64,000 nucleotides of DNA from Octopus sinensis (GCF_006345805.1 NC_043013.1:28520001-28584000), one strand, 5' to 3'; positions 38,078 through 51,770 are shown, counted from the stretch's first letter. The notes: generated from the sequence alone by a model not told the origin. A program made the numbers and translations.

Positions 38078-39517
38078 GCAACCTGTTGCCTGTCCCTTTT
38101 TCTTATATACAATATATATACTGAACTTTACAGAAGTTCCTGCCTGTAATTGGCTATATTTACATACCGAATTCTACCAGTAAATAATTGGGGTTTTTTT
38201 AAAAGCCTTTATAGAAATTATTTACTCTTATTATTATATTACTATTTGGATTTTTCACTCCCATATGACAACCCAATAGTTCCTAATCATACGAACTATT
38301 TTTGTAGTGCGCATGGCAAAATTTTGGAGGGAAGATTTACGAATTCAAACGTCTATGTAGGTTTAGCTTTTGCTCACTTTCTTCAATATTTTGATGTCGC
38401 ATGGTCAGAAGGTTTGAGGTACGTAGCATTTGATAAATCTATGACAAATCTTTTTCAATGGAAAGCTGTGCTAAAGAAGGATGTGAAATATATATGCAAT
38501 GTATATGAAATATATATCAAAAATATATATGAAATATATATTCAATATGTTTATAATCCAGAAACATGATGTTCACAGATAACCACCAGACTTCGTTTTC
38601 GTTATCTATTCCTTCTGTTTTGCATATGTGAATTACAGGGTTTGTCGTGCCCGGAGTCCAACTTTGATAGAAATAAGCATTCTTGACTGCTATTTCTATT
38701 TTTTCGGTATGCGGTCAAGCAACCTGTTGCCTGTCCCTTTTTCTTATATACAATATATATACTGAACTTTACAGAAGTTCCTGCCGGTAATCGGCTATAT
38801 TTACATACCGAATTCTACCAGTAAATAATTGGGGTTTTTTTAAAAGCCTTTATAGAAATTATTTACTCTTATTATTATATTACTATTTGGATTTTTCACT
38901 CCCATATGACAACCCAATAGTTCCTAATCATACGGAACTATTTTTGTAGTGCGCATGGCAAAATTTTGGAGGGAAGATTTACGAATTCAAACGTCTATGT
39001 AGGTTTAGCTTTTGCTCACTTTCTTCAAATATTTTGATGTCGCATGGTCAGAAGGTTTGAGGTACGTAGCATTTGATAAATCTATGACAAATCTTTTTCA
39101 ATGGAAAGCTGTGCTGAAGAAGGATGTGAAATATATATGCAATGTATATGAAATATATATCAAAAATATATATTCAATATATATTCAATATGTTTATAAT
39201 CCAGAAACATGATGTTCACAGATAACCACCAGACTTCGTTTTCGTTATCTATTCCTTCTGTTTTGCATATGTGAATTACAGGGTTTGTCGTGCCCGGAGT
39301 CCAACTTTGATAGAAATAAGCATTCTTGACTGCTATTTCTATTTTTTCGGTATGCGGTCAAGCAACCTGTTGCCTGTCCCTTTTTCTTATATACAATATA
39401 TATACTGAACTTTATAGAAGTTCCTGCCGGTAATCGGCTATATTTACATACCGAATTCTACCAGTAAATAATTGGGGTTTTTTTAAAAGCCTTTATAGAA
39501 ATTATTTACTCTTATTA
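38072..39517 (+). repeat. ~642-bp tandem repeat (2.25 copies) with one hammerhead per unit (retrozyme/pLTR-like)
   Basis: ggtcaagcaacctgttgcc recurs at 38072, 38713 and 39356; units are nearly identical; array ends in (TA)n. Confidence 0.9.
39109..39221 (+). ncRNA. Type I hammerhead ribozyme with long AT-rich loop II (GUU site)
   Basis: cugug CUGAAGA a ggau [~73 nt] aucc a GAAA caugaug UU cacag; the paralogous copy at 38466-38578 has CUAAAGA. Confidence 0.7.
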
Positions 39518-39540
39518 TTATATATATATATATATATATA

Positions 39541-39910
39541 TAACAAACACCATCCGATCGTGGCCGTTCGCCAGCCTCATCTGGCATCTGTGTCGGTGGC
39601 ACATAAAAACACCATCCGAGCGTGGCCGTCTGCCAGCCTTGTCTGGCACCTGTGTCGGTGGCACATAAAAAACACCATCTGAGCGTGGCCGTTCGCCAGC
39701 CTCATCTGGCACCTGTGTCGGTGGCACATAAAATCACCCACTACACTCTCGGAGTGGTTGGCGTTAGGAAGGGCATCCAGCTGTAGAAACACTGCCAGAT
39801 CTGACTGGCCTGGTGCAGCCTTCGGCTCCCCAGACCCCAGTTGAACCGTCCAACCCATGCTAGCATGGAAAACGGACGCTAAATGAATGATGATGATGAT
39901 GATGATGATG
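39541..39910 (+). mobile_element. RTE 3'-UTR copy with three ~59-bp units
   Basis: caccatccgagcgtggccg...ctggcacctgtgtcggtggcacataaaa repeated; (GAT)n tail. Confidence 0.85.
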
Positions 39911-40057
39911 ATATATATTATATATTTATATATACATATATATATATATATAATATATATATTATATATATATATATATAATATATATATTATATATATA
40001 ATATATATATATATATAATATAATATATATATATATATATATAAATCAAATCATATA

Positions 40058-40769
40058 TCAGAAAGCAGGGGTTAAGTGACCCATCTGTTCGTGTCCACTG
40101 TCAGCCTCGTCTCGCACCCGTGTCGGTGATACGTAAAAGCACCATTCGCTCGTGGCCGTTTGCCAGCTCTGTCTGGCCCCCGCATCGGTGACACGTAAAA
40201 GCACCGTCCGTTCGTGGCCGTTTGCCAGCTCCGTCTGGCCCCGTGTCGGTGGCACATAAAAGCACCGTCCGTTCGTGTCCGTTGCCAGCCTCGACTGGCC
40301 CCCGTGCCGGTGACACGTAAAAGCACCGTCTGTTCGTGGCCGTTTGCCAGCTCCGTCTGGCCCCGTGTCGGTGGCACGTAAAAGCACCATCCGTTCGTGT
40401 TCGTAGCCAGCCTCGGCTGGCCCCCGTGCAGGTGACACGTAAAAGCACCGTCCGTTCGTGGCCGTTTGCCAGCTCCGTCTGGCCCCGTGTCGGTGGCACG
40501 TAAAAGCACCATCCGTTCGTGTCCGTTGCCAGCATTGCCTGGCCCCGTGCCGGTGACACGTAAAAACACCATCCGTTCGCCAGCTCTGTCTGGCACCTGT
40601 GCAGGTGGCACGTAAAAAACACCCACTACACTCGTGGAGTGGTTGGCGTTAGGAAGGGCATCCAGCCGTAGAAACACTGCCAAATCTGACTGGGCCTGAT
40701 GAAGCCTTCCGGCTTCACAGACCCCAGTTAAACCGTCCAACCCATGCTAGCATGGAAAACGGACGCTAA

Positions 40770-40800
<31 letters not shown>
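40058..40800 (+). mobile_element. RTE 3'-UTR copy with ~9 alternating ~60-bp units
   Basis: acgtaaaagcaccgtccgttcgtggccgtttgccagc repeats; (GAT)n tail. Confidence 0.85.
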
Positions 40801-40801
<1 letters not shown>

Positions 40802-41446
40802 ATATATATATATATATATATATATTTATGTGTGTCTTTGTGTCTGTATTCGTCACCCACCATTGCCTGACAACCGATGTTGGTGTGTTTACATCTCTGA
40901 AGCTTAGCAGTTCAGCAAAAGAGGACAATAGAATAAGTACTAGCCTAAGTCGATTTTTTTGACTAAAGGTGGTGCTCCAGCATGGCCACAGTCAAATGAC
41001 TGAAATGTGTAAAGGAGTAAAAGAGTAAAACATCCATTTTCCAAGTTGGCATGGGTTAGACAGTTTAACCAGAGCTGGCAAGATGGAGAGCTTCACCAAG
41101 CTCCACTTATCTATTTTGGCATAGTTTCTACAGCAGCATGCTTTTCCTAATGCCAACTATTTTGCAGAGGGCATTGGTTGCTTTTCATGTGGCACCAGCA
41201 TGAGTGTTTGATATGTGGCACAAACATGAGGGCAAAATGTTAAGTGATGTTTCATCCATCTTTATGTTTTTTGTTCAAATTTGGTCAAGGTTGCCTTGCA
41301 TTCTTACAGGGTCGATAAAATAAGTACCAGTTGAGCACTGGGGTAGATGTTATTGACTTACCACCTCCCCCCAAACTGCTGGCTTTGTGCCAAAATTTGA
41401 AACCAAGTTATTATATTCTTCCAATTTCTTAATTTTAACTTTTAGT

Positions 41447-41975
41447 ACTGGGTCATCCTATAAATAATGTGTTTTTTTTAATACTTCTTTTATTTTTCAA
41501 AATTAAGATAAACAAAGTTCTTTTTTAATCTAAAATATACTCTTCTTCATTTTCTACAATACCCTTTCATCTAGCTGGTAGAATTGCAAGGCCCCTCTTC
41601 CAAAATTCACTTGTCTGTGATGAAAAATACTCCTCTAGTACTGTTCTGACCTCATCTACAGAATTCATATGTTTTCTGTCCAAATGATTTTGAAGATTGT
41701 GGAATAAATGATAATCAGATGGGGCAATGTCCAGTGAATATGGTGGTTGGGGCATTGTTTCCCAATCAAACTGCGCCAGCCTTTGGAATATCATCCCTGT
41801 GATATGTGGTTGAGCATTATCCTGGTGGAAGAACACCTTTCGTTTTGAAACCAAAAATAGTTATTTTCTTCTAGCACAGGTATCAATGATTGGTTGAATG
41901 ACCAAATCCAAGTTTCTCTTAATTCCTCAATAGTTATGGTGGGATTTTGTTCCACCAGGGTTTGCTGGCATGGGT
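41447..41975 (-). pseudogene. Mariner (DD34D) transposase remnant with TIR
   Basis: FHQDNAQPH...PPYSLDIAPSDYHLF mariner catalytic motifs; end TA|ctgggtcatcctataa. Confidence 0.9.
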
Positions 41976-41977
41976 TG

Positions 41978-42019
<42 letters not shown>

Positions 42020-42327
42020 GCAAATAAGAAAATGGAGAGGATATAAAATCGATAGATATCAGCCGGTAAACATTTCAACATGTCTATTTATTCAGATGTA
42101 CTAGATGAATACACACACATGTATGAATGGTACAGATTAGTGAGTGGAAAAATCTGGTAACTGCATAAACAAGGGTGTGAAAACAAGCATATAGAAACAA
42201 ATGAACAATTGAGAAAAAGAGCAAATTGGCAATAAACTGAATGGGTGTGCAGGTGCTAGTTCCTTACGACCGTTTTTGCCAAGAGGCAATGAAATCTTCC
42301 AGGTTATCTCCATCTCTTAAATTTACA

Positions 42328-42603
<276 letters not shown>

Positions 42604-43849
42604 AATATATTTAAATTTTTGAATATGTAAAATACAAAATTATTTTTAAAATATATTTTTAAATTAAAGAATATTTATAAAATCTTTCTTACTATGAAAG
42701 TAAAAAAAACTTACCCTAACAATATTGATATGCAAATAGTTATACCATATACAACTTATAACCCAGAATGCACCACCAGAAATTCCACATACAAGCAACA
42801 TATATGTCACAGACATTTCAAGGATAAGTTTAAGGTTATTGTCTAATGATTGCTTGAGGTTACGATGTATTTTCTTTAATGGACTATATCATATTCTGTG
42901 TGCGTGTGTGTGTGCCTGTGTGTGTGTGTGTGCCTGTGTGTGTGTGCCTCTGTGTGTGTGTGTGCCTGTGTGTGTGTGTGCCTGTGTGTGTGTGTAGCCT
43001 GCTGTCACTTATTAAATATTAGTAAGAGAAAAAAATAACAAAACCACAATAGTTCCCAACCAATAATTCCTAATCACATGATCAAGTTTGCAGTAAAATA
43101 AATAAAAATAAAAAAATGAAGTGGTAACAAAAGAAACAGAATGAAATAATGAAGAAAATTTTAATATTTACATATTAAGAAGGAAAAAAGATAAACGACA
43201 AAATTTGATTTAGAAAAAAAAAATTTTTTTCACTCTTTTAATTTTTCTTATATTTTCCTTGACAAAGATTCATAATGGACTAGTTTGTTGGATGAATAAT
43301 GTTACATATTTCAATATTTTATACTATATTTACCCTTTGTTGCATTTTTTTTGTTTGTTTTTGTGTTACCCAAAGTAAATATGTATATGAAAATATATAT
43401 GCGTATGTGTTTTATTCCACACAGAGAATAATTATGTATAATTTTATGCCTGCACTATTTTATATAGTAGACATATGTGAAGGGGTGGGGGTGGATCAGT
43501 CCTTTCTTTAAATGTGCCAATAATTATAAAAACAAACAAGCGCTAATCTTTATTTATTTTTTTTTAACTTTAAAAAGTATATATATAAAAAGCAAAATGG
43601 CAAAAGATTATATTATTCAAATCAAACCTTTTAAGAAATATTTAAGACTTGCATTTTTTTATGATTTATAACAAATGAAATATGAATGTATGTGTGTATG
43701 CGTGTACTTACATCTGTATGTATATGTATATATATATGTGTGTGTGTGTTTGTGTGTGTGTGTATGTATATGTACATATGTATCTGTATATGTATGCGAA
43801 TATCTATATATCTATATCTATCTATATATGTATGTATATTGTGTGTGTG

Positions 43850-43938
<89 letters not shown>

Positions 43939-44421
43939 GTATATATGTGTATGTATGTATATATATAAATGCAACATTTGAATGTGAAAAATATCTGAAT
44001 AATTAAAAGCTATTAAGATAGAAATACTAAAAAATAATGTGCCAAATTGTAAATGAAAAAGTCATTTATTAAATCTCATTTTTATTAAAAATATTCAAGC
44101 AAAAATATTTATGATTAGTTTTTAATACACCATTTCTTGATATAAATTGTATTACATATATATATATAAACACACATATATATATATATGTACATGTGTG
44201 TATGTTTGTGTATTTATGTGTGTGTGTTTGTGTGTATGTATGTTTGTATGTATGTATGTATATATATGACAATCCATGTATATATATATATTCATTTCTG
44301 TAGCTAACTACCAATACCTATATGTTTGGATATATGTATTGAAAGATAGAAACATGCATATGTATATAATATGTATACAGTCACACATGCACACATGCAT
44401 ATATGTACATACATACATATA

Positions 44422-44452
<31 letters not shown>

Positions 44453-45244
44453 GGCAATTCATATTGAAGTTTAAGCAGCAAAAGCCTTTTTGAAGTAACA
44501 TACAGTGAATAGAACTGTGTGTGTACATGTATTTTGTGTCTGTGTTTTGTGTTGTATGTTATTTGTATGTGTATTGTGTGTATGTGTATGTGTTTAATTT
44601 GCTGCATACTTCTTTCTTTTGATTGTTGTTGTTGTTGCTGTGGTTGTTCTTTTCATATTTTTGGTTTCAGTTTGAGATTTCTGATAATAAAATGTCTCCT
44701 ATGATTAATGCTGAAAACTCAGATAAGAATGGCAGAAAGATTTGTGTTGGATTTGATTACTGAAGAATATTTGTAATGTATTTATGATTGACTTTATTAC
44801 TTTAACTAGAATTCTCTGCAATTCTGTGCAGTTGATTTTCCCTACTTTCTTTTGAACCACAAAATAGCTGTGAAATGAATTGAACTAGAAAGTTGTGTTC
44901 CACTGAGCTCAAGGTGGTCATGAGTTCAAAAATCTTACAATGGTAGCAATTGGGTTTTAGCCTCCTTGGGCAAGTGATGTTAACATGTTTCTCTTTCATT
45001 TAGCTAAGTGGCTTGAGAAGTGTTTTACCACACAGTCATGTCTGCAAATGAATTTTTTAAAATTAAACCTACCTCAGATCAGCCCTAGCCACATACACTT
45101 ATCTGTGATGAAAAGCATTTTTACCATGATCATCCTAAACATTTTGTATATCAGGAATCAAGATATTCAGGCTAAATTTGACAGTATCCATAAAAGGAAA
45201 ACAATCTCAACTGAAAATAAAAGTATTTTTAAAAAAATCAGATA

Positions 45245-46180
45245 ATAACTTATTGAAGAAATCGACCTCAGCTTGCACCATGGCCTCAAGATGGCTCTGG
45301 AATTTGGTGCATGCATTCTTCACCGTATCCCTGGGAAAATATTCAAACTTCTCCTTGATCTTGGCCGCCAGCTTGGTCTTGGTGTTCTAGGCAGAGTGGT
45401 TGGTGTCTTTTTCAACTGCACCTCAGACATTGTAATCAATTGGATTTGTTGTAAAGTGAGTTCCTTCCACTGGAGTGATGTGTGACTGCCATTGTACTGT
45501 AGTTGCTGTTTTATGCTAGTAGCCACAATAGTTACTAGTCATCAGATACTGTTGTATCTCTTCATACTGGAATAATAATGCACTAACTCCTTCTGTCTTA
45601 CTATCACTGATAGCCTCATAAGATACTGACTAGAGCTGTCGATTCTTGACCCTCTCTTCATACCCAGTTGATAACTGGTCTATTTATAAGGGCTGGCTTC
45701 TACCCCTTTTTTACCAGGAATTGGGCTGGTGAAGTTGTTGAAATTCTCCTACAACCACTTCTGACTCTTTCCGGAGGCTTGACAAGAAGCTGAATCCTGC
45801 TGCCACACATATGGTCTTCCAGCAGAAACCCTCTCCAGCCACGGTTTGACCATTCTCTCCAGCAGTTTCACATATTCATCTAAATTGGGCCTAAGGCCCT
45901 GTTCAAAGATGTAGGGCAGCATGATGTCACCCTAATTGGAAACACACCAACTGTCCATCACAGTTTGGAGGAACCTGATTTTCAACATTGCACATCACTT
46001 GGATTGTTGGCAAGCCACCAGTTTTTCTGGTTGTTGTGCAACTGGTCCTGGCCAAATTTCTTTTCATCTGAAAAGAACCAAGTAGAACTAGATCATTTTC
46101 TGTTCAACAGGATGCTTCCTTGTTCAGGAGCTTCCTTGCTTTCACCAAGTAGTTATCCTTGGCCTTGGCTATCAAAATTT
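45245..46180 (-). pseudogene. Decayed Tc1/mariner-superfamily (maT/DD37D-like) transposase, interrupted at ~45465-45712
   Basis: FFSDEKKF, YVWQQDSA, and PIDYNV*GAVEKDTN...KNACTKFQSHLEAMV on the minus strand. Confidence 0.7.
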
Positions 46181-47434
46181 GTCCCTTGCATGTCATGAAA
46201 TTAGGTTAGGCTTATCTTTTTTCTACTAAACATTATCTTATCATGTCTTATTTTCTCCTCCCACGAAAAAGAAAAAGAAAACAATAAGACCCTCTTGGTA
46301 TTTTTTCCAAGATACTATCTCAAAGACAAACAAGTTTGTCACATCTATCTAGGTACTCCTGCAGATACCACAAAACATTTTCTCCAACTTTCTAACAATT
46401 CTGCTAATCGACCCGTTTCACATTCACTTATGTGTGTTTTCCAGTCTTTTCCCAGTAAGAGTTCTCTGAAGTGATATATCATAATTAAGGTGGGAAGCTG
46501 GTAGTCATTAGACCATCCCCCCCTCCCATGCCTCTTGGTCTTTGGCATTCTTTTTGCTTCACAACCATAAAGGCCTACTGGCCAAATGAATGCTTACACT
46601 AGCCTTGTGTTTAAATTAGTTGGGATACTCCAGATATCATTAAGCTTTACCATAGACATTCTTGCTACAGGTCTGAAAAACAGATTGCTTCACAAAATGC
46701 CATGATATTCTGTATGTATCGTGGTGATGCTCCTCTGACTTCTAGGAGTTGGCTGGAAGTTTCCAAGACAATTTACAATATGATACAAACCTTCAAACTG
46801 TTAGACGCTCTACTAACAAATCTGTTCAGTCGGCCAGCTGCAGCACTCACCCCCGATTTCTAGGAGCATTTTAAGAACCAAAACTCTGTTTCACCATACT
46901 ATATCTCACCTCTGTCTCCATCCTGCATCTCATTCTTCATACACATGGAAACACTGGCTGTTTCTATTCCTATTGTTAAGACAGAAAGTAAAGTTCAGAG
47001 ATAATTCATTTCCATTTCAAGAATTACTGGCTGGAATCACAAAAACAGTGAGTGCCTTCTTTTAAAAATAGTTCTGGTGTTATCATCATCATCATCATTA
47101 TCATCATTATTATTATTATTATTATTATATAGATCCATATATTTATTGCATGTCTTTATTCTGGTGTACAAGCTTTTCAATATGACATATCAAAGGCAGC
47201 AAATCATAAAAACAGAGCTGCTGCTGCTGCTGCCACTGCTGCCGCTGCTTATACTACTATTACTACTACTACTACTACTACTACTACCGCTGCCATTACC
47301 ACTACCACCACCACCACCACCACCACCACCACAACTGCTACCAATACTAACACTTCACCTACCGCTGCTGCTGCTACTACTACTGCTGCTGCTGCTACTA
47401 CTGCTGCTGCTACTACTACTACTACTACTACTAT

Positions 47435-47465
<31 letters not shown>

Positions 47466-47556
47466 GTATTATAAGTAAATTGATAATTGATAAATGGAAT
47501 CACTAAAACTACTCTGCACCATTCTGAATATAATAGGAAATCCTGAAAATGTCTGT

Positions 47557-47611
<55 letters not shown>

Positions 47612-47804
47612 GTGGTAGTGGTCTTCGTTTTGGTTGGTGTTGTTGTCTTTGTTTTTCTTATCGTGACCTCTTGTCGAAAGCACATTTCTTTTATATTTTA
47701 GGTTAAAATTTTTTCTTCTTCACACACACACACACATATATGTCTTAATGATATATATAGATTTTTTTTTTGCTTCAAGGAATTCATTCTCTGTTCATAC
47801 ATGC

Positions 47805-47838
<34 letters not shown>

Positions 47839-47916
47839 GAAATGTCATGTCATACTTGTGTGTATATATGTGTATTCATGTTGGTATGCATAAATGTATG
47901 TTTGTGTATGTGCATA

Positions 47917-47993
<77 letters not shown>

Positions 47994-48076
47994 GAAAATT
48001 TATGTGTATGTACATATGCATCTCTCTCTCTCTCTCCCTATATATATATATGAGTATGCACATACAGACACACCCA

Positions 48077-48126
<50 letters not shown>

Positions 48127-48314
48127 CATATCCACATATATATATATATAATACACACATACACACACTATAGATGACAAACTGTGTTTCTTTTCTAACA
48201 ACAAATCAAATTATTCATCATGATAAATATAGATGTCCTTCTTCTTCTTATTATTATTATTAATAATGTTATTATGACCTTTTTTAAACATAGTGTTTTT
48301 GTATTCCAAATTTG

Positions 48315-48427
48315 TTCAAATATCATCATTATTATTGCTGCTGCCGCCACCACCACCACCACCACCGCCACCGCCACCACCACCACCACCACCACACCAC
48401 CACCACCACCACCACCACTACCACTAC

Positions 48428-48495
<68 letters not shown>

Positions 48496-48585
48496 CCACC
48501 ACCATCATCATCATCAGCATCATCATCATCATCACCATCATCATCACCTGCCACCATCATCATTATTATTACTGATACTACTACT
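48315..48585. repeat. (CAC)n/(CAT)n microsatellite
   Basis: Direct reading. Confidence 0.95.
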
Positions 48586-48653
48586 GTATATAGATTAGGA
48601 AAAAGATTTGAAAATTCTTTTGTAAATTTTTAATTATTTTCCTGATGACTAAT

Positions 48654-48708
<55 letters not shown>

Positions 48709-49021
48709 ATATATAATGTATATATATGATTGTATTCATGAACCTATCCACTCTCTCTCTCACCCCCCCCACACACAAAGCCTATTATTGTATAGTTAAC
48801 CAATGACATTGTCTAAATAGATATTCATTGTAGAAAGCAGCAATCCAACATCTGATATCCTCTGGGAGGGAGAGCAACATACTAATTGCTTCAACAAGCA
48901 CTCCCCCCCCCCAGAAAAAAATATCGCCTGTATTCATAAAGATGTCTGTTGCTTCTGGTCTAATCTTTCTTTTTCTATGAATGTTCATTTATAAGTTATG
49001 TCATTAGTTAATAGACTATAT

Positions 49022-49064
<43 letters not shown>

Positions 49065-49113
49065 TATATATGTGTATATGTGTGTGAATGTATGTGCGTA
49101 TATATAATCTATA

Positions 49114-49159
<46 letters not shown>

Positions 49160-49464
49160 TATATATATGTATGTATATAATCAAAATAAGCAACAAAGAT
49201 ATCCAGAGGTAATGCAGTGTAAAATGTAGAGCAATCTTCAGCTGCACAAAGACATAGAATTTAATTAAATTAGGACACATTAGTATAATTTTACCCCAAA
49301 CCTCCAAGAAGATAAGGAGATAGACAAGGAACATGTTTTACCAACAACATCATAGTAAATTATGGTGCCTCAACTTAAGTATCATATTCATCTGAATCTA
49401 AATTATTTACTGAACTCATCTGCCATACCTAGAGTATATATATATATATATATATTTATATTAT

Positions 49465-49812
49465 ATAGAGGGCATTATTACACATAAATGCCGCACGCTA
49501 GGAGGGACATTTAAAGTCATAACTACCAAATATAAACAAATCGTACCGACTGCAATTCTTGAAGCGAGTCATTTAAAAACAGAATTTAGCTCCAGATCAC
49601 CTGTGATTTCGCAATCAAGGCAGTGTCCGCGTCCCTTGCTCTTCAGTGAAGCGAATCCAAGATATATCATGAATGGACAAAAACAACATACCAGATAGAC
49701 ACCCATCGCCTCTATCTTAGCATTTGGAAATGTTCACCCCTCATACACTTACGTAAATGGCAGGCTTTTTCGAATTGCATTTCGGTAACAACGTGCTTCT
49801 TCGGAACAAATT
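49465..49812 (-). mobile_element. CpG-rich ~350-bp element inserted in (TA)n, carrying a hammerhead
   Basis: (TA)n on both flanks; retained CpGs suggest a young insertion. Confidence 0.65.
49589..49652 (-). ncRNA. Type I hammerhead ribozyme (AUC site)
   Basis: gcuuca CUGAAGA gcaa...uugc GAAA ucac ag guga UC uggagc: all core nucleotides and three helices present. Confidence 0.88.
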
Positions 49813-50291
49813 ATATATATATATATAATATACATACATATATTGTCATCACCATCATCATCATCATTGTATAACAATTGTTTTCTATGCTGGCATGGGT
49901 TGGATGGTTTGACAGCAGCTGGCAGCTGGGCAGCTGCACCAAGCTCCAGTTGTCTGTTTTGGCATGGTTTTCACAGCTCAATGTCCTTCCTAATGCTGAC
50001 CACCTTACAGAATGTACTGGGTGCTTTTTACATGGCAGCAGCCTGGGTACTTTTTACATATATGGCTGTGTGGTGAAAGACGTTCGCTTCCCAATCGCAT
50101 GGTTTTGGGTTCAGTCCCACTGTGTAGCACCTTGGATTAGTGTATTCAACAACAGCCTCAGGCTGATCAAAGCCTCGTTAGGGAATTCTGTAGATGGAAA
50201 CTGAAAGAAGCCCATCACCTATGTATATATGTGTTCGTGTGTGTGTGTGTGTGTACTTATACATACATACATACACACACACTCACACATG

Positions 50292-50323
<32 letters not shown>

Positions 50324-50771
50324 TGCACACAGGTTCTCACATACATAGAGTGACTCCATTACTGAGAAATAAAGAAAAAAGACAAACAAATAAATATGAC
50401 AAACAACAGATATGAACAAACTGAATTGCAATTAATAAATAATTGGGAAATCTTAAATTAATTTATTCTAACCCCTTACCTGTTTTATTTTTTAGGGAAT
50501 CTTACAACAATGCTCTCAGACTGGTAAAGTTCTGTAGCCAATGATGATCCCAAATTCATTTAATTTTGACATAGTGATTGATTGATAGATGAAATAAAAT
50601 GTAAGTGATTAGATAACTGCAATAGAAACTAGAAAGAAATAACTCAAGTTGTTGTTGTTGTTCTTGCTGTTGTATAACCCCAGGTCAGCTCTGATTGAGT
50701 AGGTCTAGGCTATGTAAGTAATAGGCAGAAACATTGGTATAACTCTCCATAGATTTTCTTTAATCTTCCAG

Positions 50772-50943
50772 ATAGGCGCAGGAGTGGCTGTGTGGTAAGT
50801 AGCTTGTCTACCAACCACATGGTTCCAGGTTCAGTCCCACTGCATGGCACCTTGGGCAAGTGTGTTCTACTATAGCCTCGGGCCGACCGACCAAAGCCTT
50901 GTGAGTGGATTTGGTAAACGGAAACTGAAAGAAGCCCGTCATA

Positions 50944-50988
<45 letters not shown>

Positions 50989-51195
50989 TTGTGTGTCTGC
51001 GTTTGTCCCCTAGCATTTCTTGACAACCGATGCTGGTGTGTTTATGTCCCCGTTACTTGGCGGTTCGACAAAGGAGACCGATAGAATAAGTACTGGGCTT
51101 ACAAGAGAATAAGTCCCGGGGTCGAGTTGCTCGATTAAAGGCGGTGCTCCAGCATGGCCGCAGTCAAATGACTGAAACAAGTAAAAGAGTAAAGA
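50772..51195 (+). mobile_element. Full-length SINE family B
   Basis: A-box tggctgtgtgg, B-box ggttcagtcc, gcaccttgggcaagtg domain, central (TA)/(TG), tail gactgaaacaagtaaaagagtaaag. Confidence 0.88.
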
Positions 51196-51284
51196 GTAAT
51201 ATACCATGATATATTCAGCCAGACAGAGACCAAAGTAATAAGCATAATGTACATCCAGACATATATTTGATTAATCATATTTAT

Positions 51285-51770
51285 TTCTTTATTGCTCACA
51301 GGGGGTAAACATAGCAGGGACAAACAGGGACAAATAAATGGATTAAGTTGATTACATTGACCCCAGTGCATAACTGGTACTTATTTAATTGACCCTGAAA
51401 GGATGGAAGGCAAACTCAACCTTGGCAGAATTTGAACTCAGAATGTAATGGCTGATGAAATACCTATTTCTTTACTACCCACAAGGGCTAAACACAGAGA
51501 GGACAAACAAGGACAGACAAACAGATTAAGTTGATTATATCAACCTCAGTGCGTAACTGGTACTTATTTAATCGACCCCGAAAGGATGAAAGGCAAAGTC
51601 GACCTCAGTGGAATTTGAACTCAGAACATAACGGCAGACTGAGTTTAAATTCCACTGAGGTCGACTTTGCCTTTCATCCTTTCGGGGTCAATTAAATAAG
51701 TACCAGTTATGCACTGTGCTAAGCATTTCACCTGGCATGCTAACAATTCTGCCAGCTCGCTACCTTAATC
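51285..51770 (-). mobile_element. SINE family A, tandemly duplicated, with internal fold-back
   Basis: 51285-51460 matches 51465-51635; 78-bp inverted arms at 51547-51624 / 51639-51716. Confidence 0.8.

Noticed and set aside
38150-38569. 139-aa ORF with VYVG resembling a GIY-YIG motif
   Set aside because: Frameshifted in the second tandem unit; no other GIY-YIG residues recognisable; overlaps the ribozyme loop
42255-42300. Complete hammerhead on the minus strand (aaaa cggucg UA agga)
   Set aside because: Only a 3' half with mutated GAAA; no CUGANGA strand found; counted as a decayed remnant at most
46330-46920. Possible CR1/L2 LINE remnant or host exon
   Set aside because: Only a weak MIQTFKLL-like hint; no sustained frame or splice signals
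49205-49250. gcag CUGAAGA on the minus strand as a hammerhead
   Set aside because: No GAAA or helix III found at a compatible position
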